Shown: positions 38,533 to 48,046, counted from the stretch's first letter. The stretch is 64,000 nucleotides of DNA from Corallococcus exiguus (GCF_017302975.1 NZ_JAFIMT010000003.1); one strand, 5' to 3'. Notes: generated by a model from the sequence alone, not told the origin. Made by a program: numbers and translations.

Positions 38533-38541
38533 TGCACGGCC

Positions 38542-39984
38542 ATGTACCCGAGACGCCGTCTTCTGGCCCGTGGACCGTGGCTGTTTGATCTCAGACCGCA
38601 TCAGCTCACCGTCTTCCACGGTGCCGAAGGCGTGCGCCGGGAGGTCAGTGGAGACGTGCCGAATCCACCGACCGCGCCCGTGGTGCTCGCCGCGCTGGAT
38701 GAAGCAAAGTACGTCTGGGTGGGATGCGGGGATCGGCGTGCCTTCTCCGTGGGGGCGAGCGCTCCCGTCCAGGCCTTTCCGAGGGAGTGCTTCGATCTAA
38801 TCTCTGATGGGAACCGGCTCATCGGAACGGAGGTGGACGGCGCCCTCAAGCTGAGCACCCTCTTCACGACCGATGGGTCCGGGCAGCGATGGGAGACCAT
38901 GACCTTGCTCAAGCCCGTGTCCGCCAGGCACGGGTACGGATATAGCGAGGGGCGCCCCCACCGTCAGTCCCCTGATGGGGCGTTCCTCGACACGAGCCCC
39001 TTTGGCATCACTGTCGTGGAAAAGGGCCGAGGCCGTGTCTACGTGCTTCGCCCGGGCGCGGCTCAGCCAGAGGGAGCGCTCCAGGTGGAGCCGGGCCATG
39101 AGCAGGACATCTGGCGGGCCCTGGCCACTCCTCACGGCGTGCTTCTCCTGCTCGTCATCAACTACCGGCAGACGGTGCTCCTCCACTTCGTGCTCGACGG
39201 CACCTTGCTCGGCTCCATCCCGGCTCAGGACGATGAGGACGATGAGGATGATGAACTGACCTGGGGCGGTGCCGGGGTGTGCGTCCTCGACGCGGACCGG
39301 GCGCTCCTCTTCGTCCAGGACAAGGTCCTCCTGGTGTCCCTGCCCGGGCTCCAGGTGATGGAGACGCTCGCGGGGGAATGGCCCCGCTTCGTGTCCGTGA
39401 CGCCCGCAGGGGCTGATCGGTGGTGGGTGGGCCCCGAGGACAGTGACGCGCTCTTCCTGCTCACCGCGGAGCCCGGACACCCCTTGCGCCTCGACGCCTC
39501 GAACCGTCCGGTGAGCCCGGGCGCGCCGCTCATGCACGTGGGCTACAAGACGCCCGCGATCCACTGGACCGAGTACATTTCGGCGCCGCTGACCGTTTCC
39601 GCTCCCGTGACCGAGACGTGGCGGGCGGTGGTACGCAATGACGGGACCGCGTGTGAGGCGGTGCGGATCCGGGTGTCCGGGGTGCTCGTCGGTGCTCGCG
39701 CGGTGGACGTGAGCGTGCGGTATCGCGGCCAGCCGCTCCCGATGGTGGAGGAGTTCCGCGTGAACGCCGTCGGCGTTACCGCTGGACTGGAGGGAGGGGC
39801 CACCGCGGAGCTGGAGGTGAGCTTCAAGCCTCGGGGCGAGGGCTCAGGACCGCTGACCATCACCGTCGAGCCGTGCTCCTGGCAGTCGCAGGGCAAAGAG
39901 TGGCAGTGGGACAAAGAGGAGCCTCGCGTCCTCGCGGTGACGGGTCATCCAGCATCCGCCCAGTTCCTTCTCACGGTGGAGTAG
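38542..39984 (+). CDS. Hypothetical protein (beta-rich, no signal peptide recognised)
   Basis: Long ORF from an ATG with coding-like composition and an acidic DDEDDEDDE linker. Confidence 0.5.
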   Translation: MYPRRRLLARGPWLFDLRPHQLTVFHGAEGVRREVSGDVPNPPTAPVVLAALDEAKYVWVGCGDRRAFSVGASAPVQAFPRECFDLISDGNRLIGTEVDGALKLSTLFTTDGSGQRWETMTLLKPVSARHGYGYSEGRPHRQSPDGAFLDTSPFGITVVEKGRGRVYVLRPGAAQPEGALQVEPGHEQDIWRALATPHGVLLLLVINYRQTVLLHFVLDGTLLGSIPAQDDEDDEDDELTWGGAGVCVLDADRALLFVQDKVLLVSLPGLQVMETLAGEWPRFVSVTPAGADRWWVGPEDSDALFLLTAEPGHPLRLDASNRPVSPGAPLMHVGYKTPAIHWTEYISAPLTVSAPVTETWRAVVRNDGTACEAVRIRVSGVLVGARAVDVSVRYRGQPLPMVEEFRVNAVGVTAGLEGGATAELEVSFKPRGEGSGPLTITVEPCSWQSQGKEWQWDKEEPRVLAVTGHPASAQFLLTVE

Positions 39985-41068
39985 CGCGAACCTTCTCGGG
40001 CTCGGGTGCGGCGCTCATCCTCCAGAGCAGGGCGCCGCCCCCAAGCAGGAGACCCAAGCCCACTGCCGCCACGAGGATCCAGCCTCGTCCCACGCGGGGC
40101 CGGGCCTGGCTCTCCGGGCCGTCTGGAGCCGGGGCGACGACGGCCGGGTCGTCACTTGGAGAGACCTGCTGGACGAGCTGGGCCACCTGCTGGGATGTCA
40201 CCGGCTCCCCAACCGAACGGATGAAGGCCTCCAGGTCCTTCCGGAACGCGTGGCAGTCCGGGTAGCGCTCGTCCCGATCCTTCACGAGCGCCCGGGCGAG
40301 GATGGCTCGAAGGGCATCGGGTAGGTCCGGCCGGTGCTGCTCCGCGGGCACCATGGGCTCGTTTGCGACGGCCCGAAACAAGTTGAATTCGGACACGGAT
40401 TCAAAAGGTCTGTGCGTGGTGAGCAGTTCGTAGAGCACCAGACCGAGTGAGTAGACGTCCACCCGCCGGTCCGGCGACACGCCCATGATCTCCTCGGGCG
40501 CCATGTACCTGTACTTGCTCATGTCGGGGTAGTGGTACTCGGGGGCCCACCGTACCCGGAAGTAGTCGATGCCGAAGTCCACCACCTTGGCCGTCCCCTG
40601 GCGCGTCAGGAGAATGTTGTACGGCCGGACGCAGCGGTGGATGAGCCGCAGCGACTCGTTCGTCTTGGGATCGGTGAGGTCGTGGGCGTAGGCGAGCCCC
40701 TCGCAGGCTTGCGAGATGATGCGCGCGCACAGGGTCGCCGGCAGCATCATCCGCTGGGCCACCACGTGCTTGATCACCCTGCGCAGGCTGGGCCCATCGA
40801 TGTGCTCCCTGGCGAGGAAGTACGTGCCGTCCGTCTCACCCACGTCGACGACCTTCGCAAGGTGCGGATGCGTGAGCCGGGCGGCGTCCCTCGCCGTGTC
40901 GAGGAACATCTCCGGGAAATCCGTCTGCTCGGCCATGTCCGAGCGGAGGCACTGGAGCACCAGCGTCTTCTCGATGCCCTGAGGGTTGGCGGCCGTGGCC
41001 AGAGAATCTTCGATGATTCCTTCGACCAGCGGGCGGATGCGCTGGTATTTGCCGACGTGGGATGTCAC
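39971..41068 (-). CDS. Membrane-anchored pseudokinase (Hanks fold with degenerate G-loop, missing beta3 Lys and HRD Asp)
   Basis: The kinase-fold motifs DFG, YMAPE and DVYSLG are present. The catalytic loop reads HRCVRPYN, with Cys replacing the catalytic Asp and Arg replacing Lys. The G-loop position reads RPLVEGIIEDS with no glycines, and VAIK is replaced by TLVLQ. A C-terminal TM helix is present. The start was chosen at the GTG at 41068 to avoid overlap with the divergent gene. Confidence 0.6.
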   Translation of the reverse strand: MTSHVGKYQRIRPLVEGIIEDSLATAANPQGIEKTLVLQCLRSDMAEQTDFPEMFLDTARDAARLTHPHLAKVVDVGETDGTYFLAREHIDGPSLRRVIKHVVAQRMMLPATLCARIISQACEGLAYAHDLTDPKTNESLRLIHRCVRPYNILLTRQGTAKVVDFGIDYFRVRWAPEYHYPDMSKYRYMAPEEIMGVSPDRRVDVYSLGLVLYELLTTHRPFESVSEFNLFRAVANEPMVPAEQHRPDLPDALRAILARALVKDRDERYPDCHAFRKDLEAFIRSVGEPVTSQQVAQLVQQVSPSDDPAVVAPAPDGPESQARPRVGRGWILVAAVGLGLLLGGGALLWRMSAAPEPEKVRATPP

Positions 41069-41089
41069 GGAGCGTATGAATAGCAGACC

Positions 41090-42841
41090 ATGACCCGGTA
41101 TCGCTTCCTTGGGCTTCTGCTGGCGCTGCTTCCGCTCCATGTCGGCGCTGTCCCCATTCCCGCGGAGCAGTTGGTGGGCATCTGGGGCGGTGAGCGCGTC
41201 CTCGGGCCTCAGGTTCGCGGAGAGCTGACACTGGTGCGGGCTGGGAACTCCTGGCACGCGCGCATCGCAGGCGTCGACGTCCCGGCCCGGGTCGAGGGTC
41301 GGAAGGTGTCCGTCATCTTCCCAGGAGGCGAACTCCGAGCGACGTTGGCGGAGAACGGGCAGAGCATCACGGGCCACTGGATCCAGCCGCGTGTGCTCAT
41401 GAGCGGCATGAAGTTCGCCACTCCCGTGGAACTGCGCGCGCTTCAGCCGGGTGTCTGGCGCGGCAACGTGGCGCCGCTGGAGGACCGGTTCTCGCTGTAT
41501 CTCGTCGTCCAGAAGCAGCCTGACGGCTCCGTGAAGGCGTTCATCCGCAACCCGGAGCGGAACTTCGGCAACCGGATGCTCTTCCGTGTCGACCTCCAGG
41601 GCCGCACGGTCCGGCTCACGTCCACCAAGGACAACACCCAGATCGAAGGCACGTTCGACGCGGAGTCCGGACGGCTGTCGCTCCCCTACCCTCCCTTCGA
41701 CACGACGTTCGACTTCACCCGCCGGGACCGGTCGCAGGCCGTGGGGCTCTACTCCCGCACGCCCGCTCCCGGCCCCTACGCCTACCAGAAGCCCATCGGG
41801 GAGGACGATGGCTGGACCACGGCATCCCCCGCCGACGTCGGCATGGACATCCAGCCGATCCAACAGCTCGTGCAGCGCATCCTCGACCAGGAACCGAGCC
41901 CGGAGTCCGTCCCCGCCATCCAGGGGCTGCTCATCGCGCGCCACGGGAAGCTCATCGTCGAAGAGTATTTCCAGGGCTTCGACAAGGAGCGCCCCCACGA
42001 CCTGCGCTCCTCCTCCAAGTCCTACGCGTCCCTGCTGATTGGCATTGCCCTGGACCAGGGTGCCCCCTTCACCGTGGACACGCCCGTCGCCTCACTCTTC
42101 CCCGAGTACAAGGGCAAGCTCTCCCACCTGGACGCGCGCAAGCGCAAGCTCACCGTCGCGCACTTGATGACCATGGCGACGGGCCTGGCCTGTGACGACG
42201 ACAATCCGGATTCACCCGGCAACGAGGACCGGCTCGAGGACTCCGTACCGGATTGGTACAAGTACACGCTGGACCTCCCCATGGTCCGTTCTCCCGGCGA
42301 CGGGAAGGCCGTGTACTGCTCCGCGAACATCAACCTGCTGGGCGGCGTCCTCCGCAACACCACCCGCACCTGGATCCCCGAGTTCTTCACGAAGAACGTC
42401 GCCACGCCCCTGCAGATGCGCGGCTACCACCTGGACCTGATGCCCGACGGCGAGCAGTACCTCGGCGGCGGCATCTACATGCGCCCGCGCGATGCCCTGA
42501 AGCTCGGGCAGCTCTACCTCTCCGGTGGCACTTGGAACGGGAAGCGCGTGGTCAGCCAGCGCTGGGTGGAACGCTCCGTCGCGAACCAGGCGACGATGCC
42601 GGACGGACGAACCTATGGCTACACGTGGTGGCGCCATGAGCTTCGCGTCGGCGACCGCGTGTATTCGCAATACGAAGCCAGCGGCAACGGTGGCCAGCTG
42701 GTGATGGTCGTCCCGGAGCTGGACCTTGTCGTGCTGTTCACCGCGGGCAACTACAACCACGTCGCCATCTGGCGGAAGTTCCGCGAGGAACTCCTGCCTC
42801 GATACATCATGGCCGCGGTCTCCACGCCCCCGCGGCCTTGA
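41090..42841 (+). CDS. Secreted beta-lactamase/transpeptidase-family serine hydrolase with N-terminal extra domain
   Basis: There is a signal peptide and the SxxK motif SSSKSY. A YxN-like motif and a C-terminal beta-lactamase fold (GYTWW...GNGGQ) are also present. Confidence 0.8.
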   Translation: MTRYRFLGLLLALLPLHVGAVPIPAEQLVGIWGGERVLGPQVRGELTLVRAGNSWHARIAGVDVPARVEGRKVSVIFPGGELRATLAENGQSITGHWIQPRVLMSGMKFATPVELRALQPGVWRGNVAPLEDRFSLYLVVQKQPDGSVKAFIRNPERNFGNRMLFRVDLQGRTVRLTSTKDNTQIEGTFDAESGRLSLPYPPFDTTFDFTRRDRSQAVGLYSRTPAPGPYAYQKPIGEDDGWTTASPADVGMDIQPIQQLVQRILDQEPSPESVPAIQGLLIARHGKLIVEEYFQGFDKERPHDLRSSSKSYASLLIGIALDQGAPFTVDTPVASLFPEYKGKLSHLDARKRKLTVAHLMTMATGLACDDDNPDSPGNEDRLEDSVPDWYKYTLDLPMVRSPGDGKAVYCSANINLLGGVLRNTTRTWIPEFFTKNVATPLQMRGYHLDLMPDGEQYLGGGIYMRPRDALKLGQLYLSGGTWNGKRVVSQRWVERSVANQATMPDGRTYGYTWWRHELRVGDRVYSQYEASGNGGQLVMVVPELDLVVLFTAGNYNHVAIWRKFREELLPRYIMAAVSTPPRP

Positions 42842-42848
42842 CCCCATC

Positions 42849-43508
42849 TCAATCCCGGTCCGGCGCTCCCAGCGGGAAGAGCGGCCGGTACGGCCTCCCT
42901 CCATCCACCGCCCGAGCCACGGACGGACGCGCGAGCAACCTCGCGCGATAGGCGCGCAGCTGGGGACACGACTCGGGAATCCGGTGCGTCCAGTCCGCAT
43001 AGAACAGCGACGGCGCCGCCGCACAGTCCGCCAGCGTGAAGTCGTTGCCCGCGGCCCAGGCCCTGCCACCCAGCTGCCCTTCAATCCAACCGTAGGCGCG
43101 CTCCAGCTTCTCCACGGCCATCTTCATGCCGTCCTGGCGCTTCACCGGGTCCCCCGTCAGCGCACCGTCCACGGCGTGCTGGGCCGCGTTCATCACGTGC
43201 AGGTCGAAGAAGCGGTCGAGGAACCGCACGTCCAGCGCGGCCAGCGGATCCTCGGGCAACAGGCGCACCGGCCCGGGATGCTTCAGCTGGAGGTACTCGA
43301 TGATGATGCTGGTCTCGACGACGTTGCGCTCGCCGTCCACCAGCAGCGGGAACTTGCGCAGCGGCCAGCGGCGCAGCCATTCGGCTGAATGCTCCGGTGT
43401 CTCCGGGCTGATGCTTCGAAACTCGAAGGGCGTACCGTTCTCGTACAGCGCGATGAGCACCTTCTGCGTGTACGAGGAGAAATAGTGACCGTAGACCGCG
43501 AGCGACAT
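42849..43508 (-). CDS. Glutathione S-transferase family protein
   Basis: N-terminal thioredoxin-like GST fold (YGHYFSSYTQKVLIAL) with an alpha-helical C-domain. It is divergent from an HxlR regulator. Confidence 0.8.
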   Translation of the reverse strand: MSLAVYGHYFSSYTQKVLIALYENGTPFEFRSISPETPEHSAEWLRRWPLRKFPLLVDGERNVVETSIIIEYLQLKHPGPVRLLPEDPLAALDVRFLDRFFDLHVMNAAQHAVDGALTGDPVKRQDGMKMAVEKLERAYGWIEGQLGGRAWAAGNDFTLADCAAAPSLFYADWTHRIPESCPQLRAYRARLLARPSVARAVDGGRPYRPLFPLGAPDRD

Positions 43509-43605
43509 CGTCGGACCTCTCCATTCGACCACTTGCGTTTCACAACGGGTTGAACCGTATTTGCACTACTTGCATACTGCAAGCAGAAACCCCAGGAGCA
43601 CGGCC

Positions 43606-44112
43606 ATGCCGCAGACAGGGCGCTCCGGCTGCCCCATCAACCTGACGCTCGAACAGCTCGGCGACCGTTGGAGCCTGATCGTCATCCGTGACGTCATGTT
43701 CGGGAACCGGCGCAGCTACGGCGACCTGCTCTCGCGGAGCGAAGAAGGCATCGCCTCCAACATCCTCGCGGACCGGCTCAAGCGCCTGACCGCGTCCGGC
43801 CTGCTGTCGCGACGCCCGGATCCAAACCACCAGCAGAAAGGCATCTACAGCCTCACGGAGGCGTCCATCCAATTGGTGCCCCTGCTCGCGCACATGGGTG
43901 CCTGGGGCCGCCGGCACACGCAGGTGAGCGAGGAGCTGTCGGTGCGCGCGGAGCTGCTGGAGAAGGGCGGCCCGCCCCTCTGGAACGCGTTCATGGAGGA
44001 GCTGCGCCACCTGCACCTGGACGCGCCACGCCCTTCCCGCTCGGTGTTCCGTGAGCTTCAGGCCGCCTACGAGATGGCCGTCGCTCGCAACGCTCGGGAC
44101 GGACGGACCTGA
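43606..44112 (+). CDS. HxlR-family winged-helix transcriptional regulator
   Basis: CPINLTLEQLGDRWSLIVIRDVMFGNRRSYGDLL...IASNILADRLKRL is the HxlR signature. Confidence 0.85.
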   Translation: MPQTGRSGCPINLTLEQLGDRWSLIVIRDVMFGNRRSYGDLLSRSEEGIASNILADRLKRLTASGLLSRRPDPNHQQKGIYSLTEASIQLVPLLAHMGAWGRRHTQVSEELSVRAELLEKGGPPLWNAFMEELRHLHLDAPRPSRSVFRELQAAYEMAVARNARDGRT

Positions 44113-44135
44113 AGCGGGTAGCGTTCACCGCGCTC

Positions 44136-44756
44136 ATGAAAGTCATCGGCTGGTGGATGTTCGTCCTGATGTGCGCGCTGTGGCTCCCCGCCTGCGGTCC
44201 CTACGACTGCACCGCGGAGAACTGCGCGGACGGATGCTGCTCCGCGCTCAATGAGTGCATCCGCTACCGGAGCGACTCGGAATGCGGCCCCAATGGCGGC
44301 AGCTGTGAAGCCTGCGCGGAAGGCAGTGTCTGCCGGTTGGACCAGCGCGCCTGCTACGCGGGCGTGATGCGCACCTACGTGCAGCCCCGGCGGGCCGTCA
44401 TCGCGGACGTCGACCCGGACACGGGCGAGGACTGGGACTCCGACGGCTCCCCGCCGGACGTCGTCGTGGAGATGAAATGCCCCTCCGCGCCCGATCGCTC
44501 CCGCACCCCCGAGGACGAGAGCTGGGAGCCCGAATGGCGCTCCGGCGGCTGCCAGGTCATCTCCTCCAACCTCCTGCGTTACCCGCTCGAAATCTCCATC
44601 TTCGACAACGACGACTTCACCTTCGATGACGAGTTCGGCGGCCTCTCCTACCAGGTCACCCGCGCGGACCTGAACCTGGGCCGCATCGAGCTCTCCATCC
44701 CGCCCATCGTGAAGACGCTCGTCTTCGACCTGAGCCACAACTACGCGCCGCAATGA
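44136..44756 (+). CDS. Secreted Cys-rich hypothetical protein
   Basis: Signal peptide plus lipobox-like LPACG, followed by at least 14 Cys in the first 90 mature residues (CxxC pairs). Confidence 0.55.
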   Translation: MKVIGWWMFVLMCALWLPACGPYDCTAENCADGCCSALNECIRYRSDSECGPNGGSCEACAEGSVCRLDQRACYAGVMRTYVQPRRAVIADVDPDTGEDWDSDGSPPDVVVEMKCPSAPDRSRTPEDESWEPEWRSGGCQVISSNLLRYPLEISIFDNDDFTFDDEFGGLSYQVTRADLNLGRIELSIPPIVKTLVFDLSHNYAPQ

Positions 44757-44804
44757 GCCGGGCCCGGCTGTAACCGTCCCCTCGCCCCCGGCGTAGTCCT
44801 GGCC

Positions 44805-45290
44805 ATGCGCGCCCACGCACTGCCGCTCCTGGTCCTGTTCGCCTCCGCCTGTGGTCCCTCTTCCTCCGTGGACGAGGGGCTCGGCGTCGTCCAGGGCATC
44901 GACACGTCCGAGAACGGCATCACCGCCTTCGTCCGCTCGGGCCAGTACAGCTCCTGGCTCGCGGAGCCCTCGGTCCACGACACGCGCGCTCCCCACGGCA
45001 GCAAGGTCCGCGTGTTCTTCAACGACGTCGTCGCGCGCTCGCTTCGCGACGGCAACGCCACGCACCCCGTGGGCAGCATCCTGGTGAAGGAGCTCTTCGA
45101 GGACGACGGGAAGACGCTCCGGGGCCACGCGCTGGACGTGAAGGTCGCGGAAGGCCCCGGCAAGGACACCTGGATCTTCTACGAGGGCTTTGGCCCCGAC
45201 TACACCCGGAACTACTACGGCCGCGCCCACTCGACCTGCCACGGCTGCCACTCGGACGGGACGGACTACGTCACGTCACCCCTGCCCTGA
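44805..45290 (+). CDS. Cytochrome P460-like lipoprotein (C-terminal CxxCH haem-c site)
   Basis: Lipobox LFASACG. It is about 160 aa with a single CHGCH (CxxCH) near the C-terminus, the arrangement characteristic of cytochrome P460/c'-beta. Confidence 0.5.
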   Translation: MRAHALPLLVLFASACGPSSSVDEGLGVVQGIDTSENGITAFVRSGQYSSWLAEPSVHDTRAPHGSKVRVFFNDVVARSLRDGNATHPVGSILVKELFEDDGKTLRGHALDVKVAEGPGKDTWIFYEGFGPDYTRNYYGRAHSTCHGCHSDGTDYVTSPLP

Positions 45291-45343
45291 AAATGACGAC
45301 GGGCGGCCCCCTTTCGAGGACCGCCCGCCGCTAAACACCATGC

Positions 45344-46384
45344 CTATCGCGCCGTGGACTTGCGGCGCATCAGGAACACGCCCAGGCCCACGCCTGCGGC
45401 CAATTTCGCCGCGGCGGCCAGCGGCGTCTTGCTCAGCGGCACCGGGCGGCTCTCGTACTGCGGCTGGGGCGGAACCGGACGGAAGTCCGTGGCGCCGGGG
45501 AGGTTCGCGCCGCCCTCCTCCGCCTCCGTCTTTGTCACGTTCGGTCCCGGCGCATCCGGATCCCGCGACCCCGGCGCCTTCCCGTCCGGCGACTTGTGCT
45601 CGAGGATGCCGTTGATCTCCGCGCCCAGCAGCACGACCATGCAGGAGATCTGCATCCACAGCAGCATCACGATGACACCGCCGATGGCGCCGTAGTTCAC
45701 GTCATACGAGCCGAAGTTCGCCACGTACTTCGAGAAGCCCCACGAGGCGATCACCCAGATGACCACGCTCACCACCGACCCCGGCGTGATGAACTTGAAC
45801 TTCTGCTTCACGTCCGGAAGCACGTAGTACAGCACCGCCAGCAGCAGCATCATCAGGATGCCCGCCACCGGCATGCGCAGCCACAACACGATGCCGGTGA
45901 ACGGATCGCCCAGCTTGTCGGCAATGGCCGGCGTCACGATGGCGACGAGGGCCGCCAGCACCACCGTCACCGCCGTCCCCAGCGTCGTCAGCAGCGCGAG
46001 TCCACGCTTCTTCCAGAACGGGCGCTTCTCCGTCACGCCGTAGACCGTGTTGAGCGCGTCCATCAGCGCCACCACACCGCCGGATGCCGCCCAGACGGCG
46101 CCCACGCCACCGATCGTCAGCAACCCTACCGGGTTGCTGGTCGCCAACGCCTCCAGCCGCTCGCCCAGGATCTTCGTCACCTCCTGCGGCGCTACCTTCG
46201 ACAGCTCCTGGATGAGCTGCTGCGCCTGGTGCGGATCAATCAGCACACCGGCCAGTGACACGAGGAACAGCAGGAACGGGAACAGCGCCATGATGGCGGA
46301 GAACGTCAGCGCCCCCGCGACGTTGCTCACGTTGTCGCGTCCCCACTCGTCCTTGAGGGACTTGAAGAACTCCTTCCAACTCAT
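45344..46384 (-). CDS. YihY/BrkB-family (virulence-factor BrkB/'RNase BN'-like) integral membrane protein
   Basis: Six TM helices with the family pattern ALTFSAIMALFPFLL...GSYDVNYGAIGGVIVMLLWMQIS. The ATG is at MSWKEF. Confidence 0.8.
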   Translation of the reverse strand: MSWKEFFKSLKDEWGRDNVSNVAGALTFSAIMALFPFLLFLVSLAGVLIDPHQAQQLIQELSKVAPQEVTKILGERLEALATSNPVGLLTIGGVGAVWAASGGVVALMDALNTVYGVTEKRPFWKKRGLALLTTLGTAVTVVLAALVAIVTPAIADKLGDPFTGIVLWLRMPVAGILMMLLLAVLYYVLPDVKQKFKFITPGSVVSVVIWVIASWGFSKYVANFGSYDVNYGAIGGVIVMLLWMQISCMVVLLGAEINGILEHKSPDGKAPGSRDPDAPGPNVTKTEAEEGGANLPGATDFRPVPPQPQYESRPVPLSKTPLAAAAKLAAGVGLGVFLMRRKSTAR

Positions 46385-46550
46385 TCCCCTGCCGGGCAGG
46401 ACCATGCGTCTCCTCCTTGGAGGAGATTGGGCATTCCATCCCCCGGCTGGCTTCCTCCCCCAGGACGGAGCTCGCCCCCCTGCCTGCTCACCGCGCAGGG
46501 GGCGGGGAATGACAAGCCCCCGCGCCACGCCTGCCCGGCCGCCCTTCGCG

Positions 46551-47096
46551 TCAGAAAACGGGCAGCACGGGCGCGTCCTTCAACCGGGGCGCGCGCTGAT
46601 CCTTCGCCGACAAGAGCGGCTGCTTCACCGGCCACGGGATGGCCAGGTCCGGATCATCCCAGGCCACGCTCCGCTCGGACTCCGGGGAGTACAGCGCGGT
46701 GCACTTGTAGAAGAAGTCCGCCGAGTCGCTCACCACGCAGAACCCGTGCGCCAGGCCCGCCGGCACCCAGAGCTGATGCTTGTTCTCGCCCGTCAGCTCC
46801 GCGGCCACCCAGCGGCCGAACGTGGGCGAGCCCTTGCGGATGTCCACCGCCACGTCCCACACCGCGCCCGCCAGGCACTGCACCAGCTTGCCCTGCGCGT
46901 TCGGCTCCTGGAAGTGAAGGCCTCGCAGCGTGCCCTTCACCGAGCGCGACAGGTTGTCCTGCACGAACGGGCCGACCACCCCCACGTCCGCGTAGCGCTT
47001 CGCGTGGAAGGACTCGAGGAAGAAGCCCCGGTCGTCGCCGAACACCTTCGGCTCGATGAGCAGGACGTCCGGAATCGCCAGCGGGGTCACCTTCAC
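46551..47096 (-). CDS. rmlC: dTDP-4-dehydrorhamnose 3,5-epimerase
   Basis: Cupin RmlC motifs ([22 protein letters not shown]). Its GTG start overlaps the rmlA stop (GTGA). Confidence 0.9.
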   Translation of the reverse strand: MKVTPLAIPDVLLIEPKVFGDDRGFFLESFHAKRYADVGVVGPFVQDNLSRSVKGTLRGLHFQEPNAQGKLVQCLAGAVWDVAVDIRKGSPTFGRWVAAELTGENKHQLWVPAGLAHGFCVVSDSADFFYKCTALYSPESERSVAWDDPDLAIPWPVKQPLLSAKDQRAPRLKDAPVLPVF

Positions 47097-47974
47097 GACA
47101 CCGCCCCCCGCTTCTCCACCAGGTCCAACAGGTACTGGCCGTACTCGTTCTTGCGCATGGGCTCCGCCAGCGCCGTCAGCCGCTGCTCGTCGATGTAGCC
47201 CATGCGGAAGGCGATCTCCTCCGGACAGGCCACCTTGAGGCCCTGACGGCGCTCGATGATCTCGATGTAGTTGGATGCCTGCATCAGCGACTCGTGCGTG
47301 CCGGTGTCCAGCCACGCGTAGCCGCGTCCCATCAGCTCCACGTTGAGCTGGCCGCGGCGCAGGTACTCCGCGTTGACGTCGGTGATCTCGTACTCGCCGC
47401 GCTTGCCCGGCTTGAGGTTCGCCGCGATGTCGATGACCTGGTTGTCGTAGAAGTACAGGCCGGTGACGGCGTAGTGCGACTTGGGCTTCGTCGGCTTCTC
47501 CTCGATGCTGACGGCCTTGTGCTGGGCGTTGAGCTCCACCACGCCGTAGCGCTCCGGATCCTTCACGTAGTAGCCGAACACCGTGGCGCCCTGCGTGCGC
47601 TTCGACGCGCGCTGGGTGAGCTCCCCCATGCCGTGGCCGTAGAAGATGTTGTCACCCAGGATGAGCGACACGGGGTCGTTGCCCACGAAGTCCCGGCCGA
47701 TGACGAACGCCTGCGCCAGGCCCTCCGGACGCGGCTGCTCGGCGTACTGGAGGCGGATGCCCCACTGCTCTCCGTCGCCCAACAGCTCGCGAAAGCGCGG
47801 CAGGTCCTGCGGCGTGGAGATGACGAGGATCTCCCGGATGCCCGCCAGCATCAGCGTCGTCAGCGGGTAGTAGATCATCGGCTTGTCGTAGACGGGCAAC
47901 AGCTGCTTGCTCACCACGCGCGTCAGTGGATACAGGCGCGTGCCCGAACCCCCGGCCAGAATGATTCCCTTCAT
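47093..47974 (-). CDS. rmlA: Glucose-1-phosphate thymidylyltransferase
   Basis: [18 protein letters not shown] plus full-length RmlA homology. Confidence 0.92.
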   Translation of the reverse strand: MKGIILAGGSGTRLYPLTRVVSKQLLPVYDKPMIYYPLTTLMLAGIREILVISTPQDLPRFRELLGDGEQWGIRLQYAEQPRPEGLAQAFVIGRDFVGNDPVSLILGDNIFYGHGMGELTQRASKRTQGATVFGYYVKDPERYGVVELNAQHKAVSIEEKPTKPKSHYAVTGLYFYDNQVIDIAANLKPGKRGEYEITDVNAEYLRRGQLNVELMGRGYAWLDTGTHESLMQASNYIEIIERRQGLKVACPEEIAFRMGYIDEQRLTALAEPMRKNEYGQYLLDLVEKRGAVS

Positions 47975-48046
47975 GAGTTCTCCCCTGTGTTCCACGGCCC
48001 GGCCGCGAAACGGATGCGCGCGGCCCGGCCGCCACGCGCGGATGCT

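Noticed and set aside
30688-38540. Search for tRNA, integrase, transposase or att-like direct repeats at the island edges
   Set aside because: No cloverleaf-like sequence, tyrosine/serine recombinase or transposase ORF was found. The only boundary mark is the hydrolase-gene fragment, so the mobility mechanism is unassigned.
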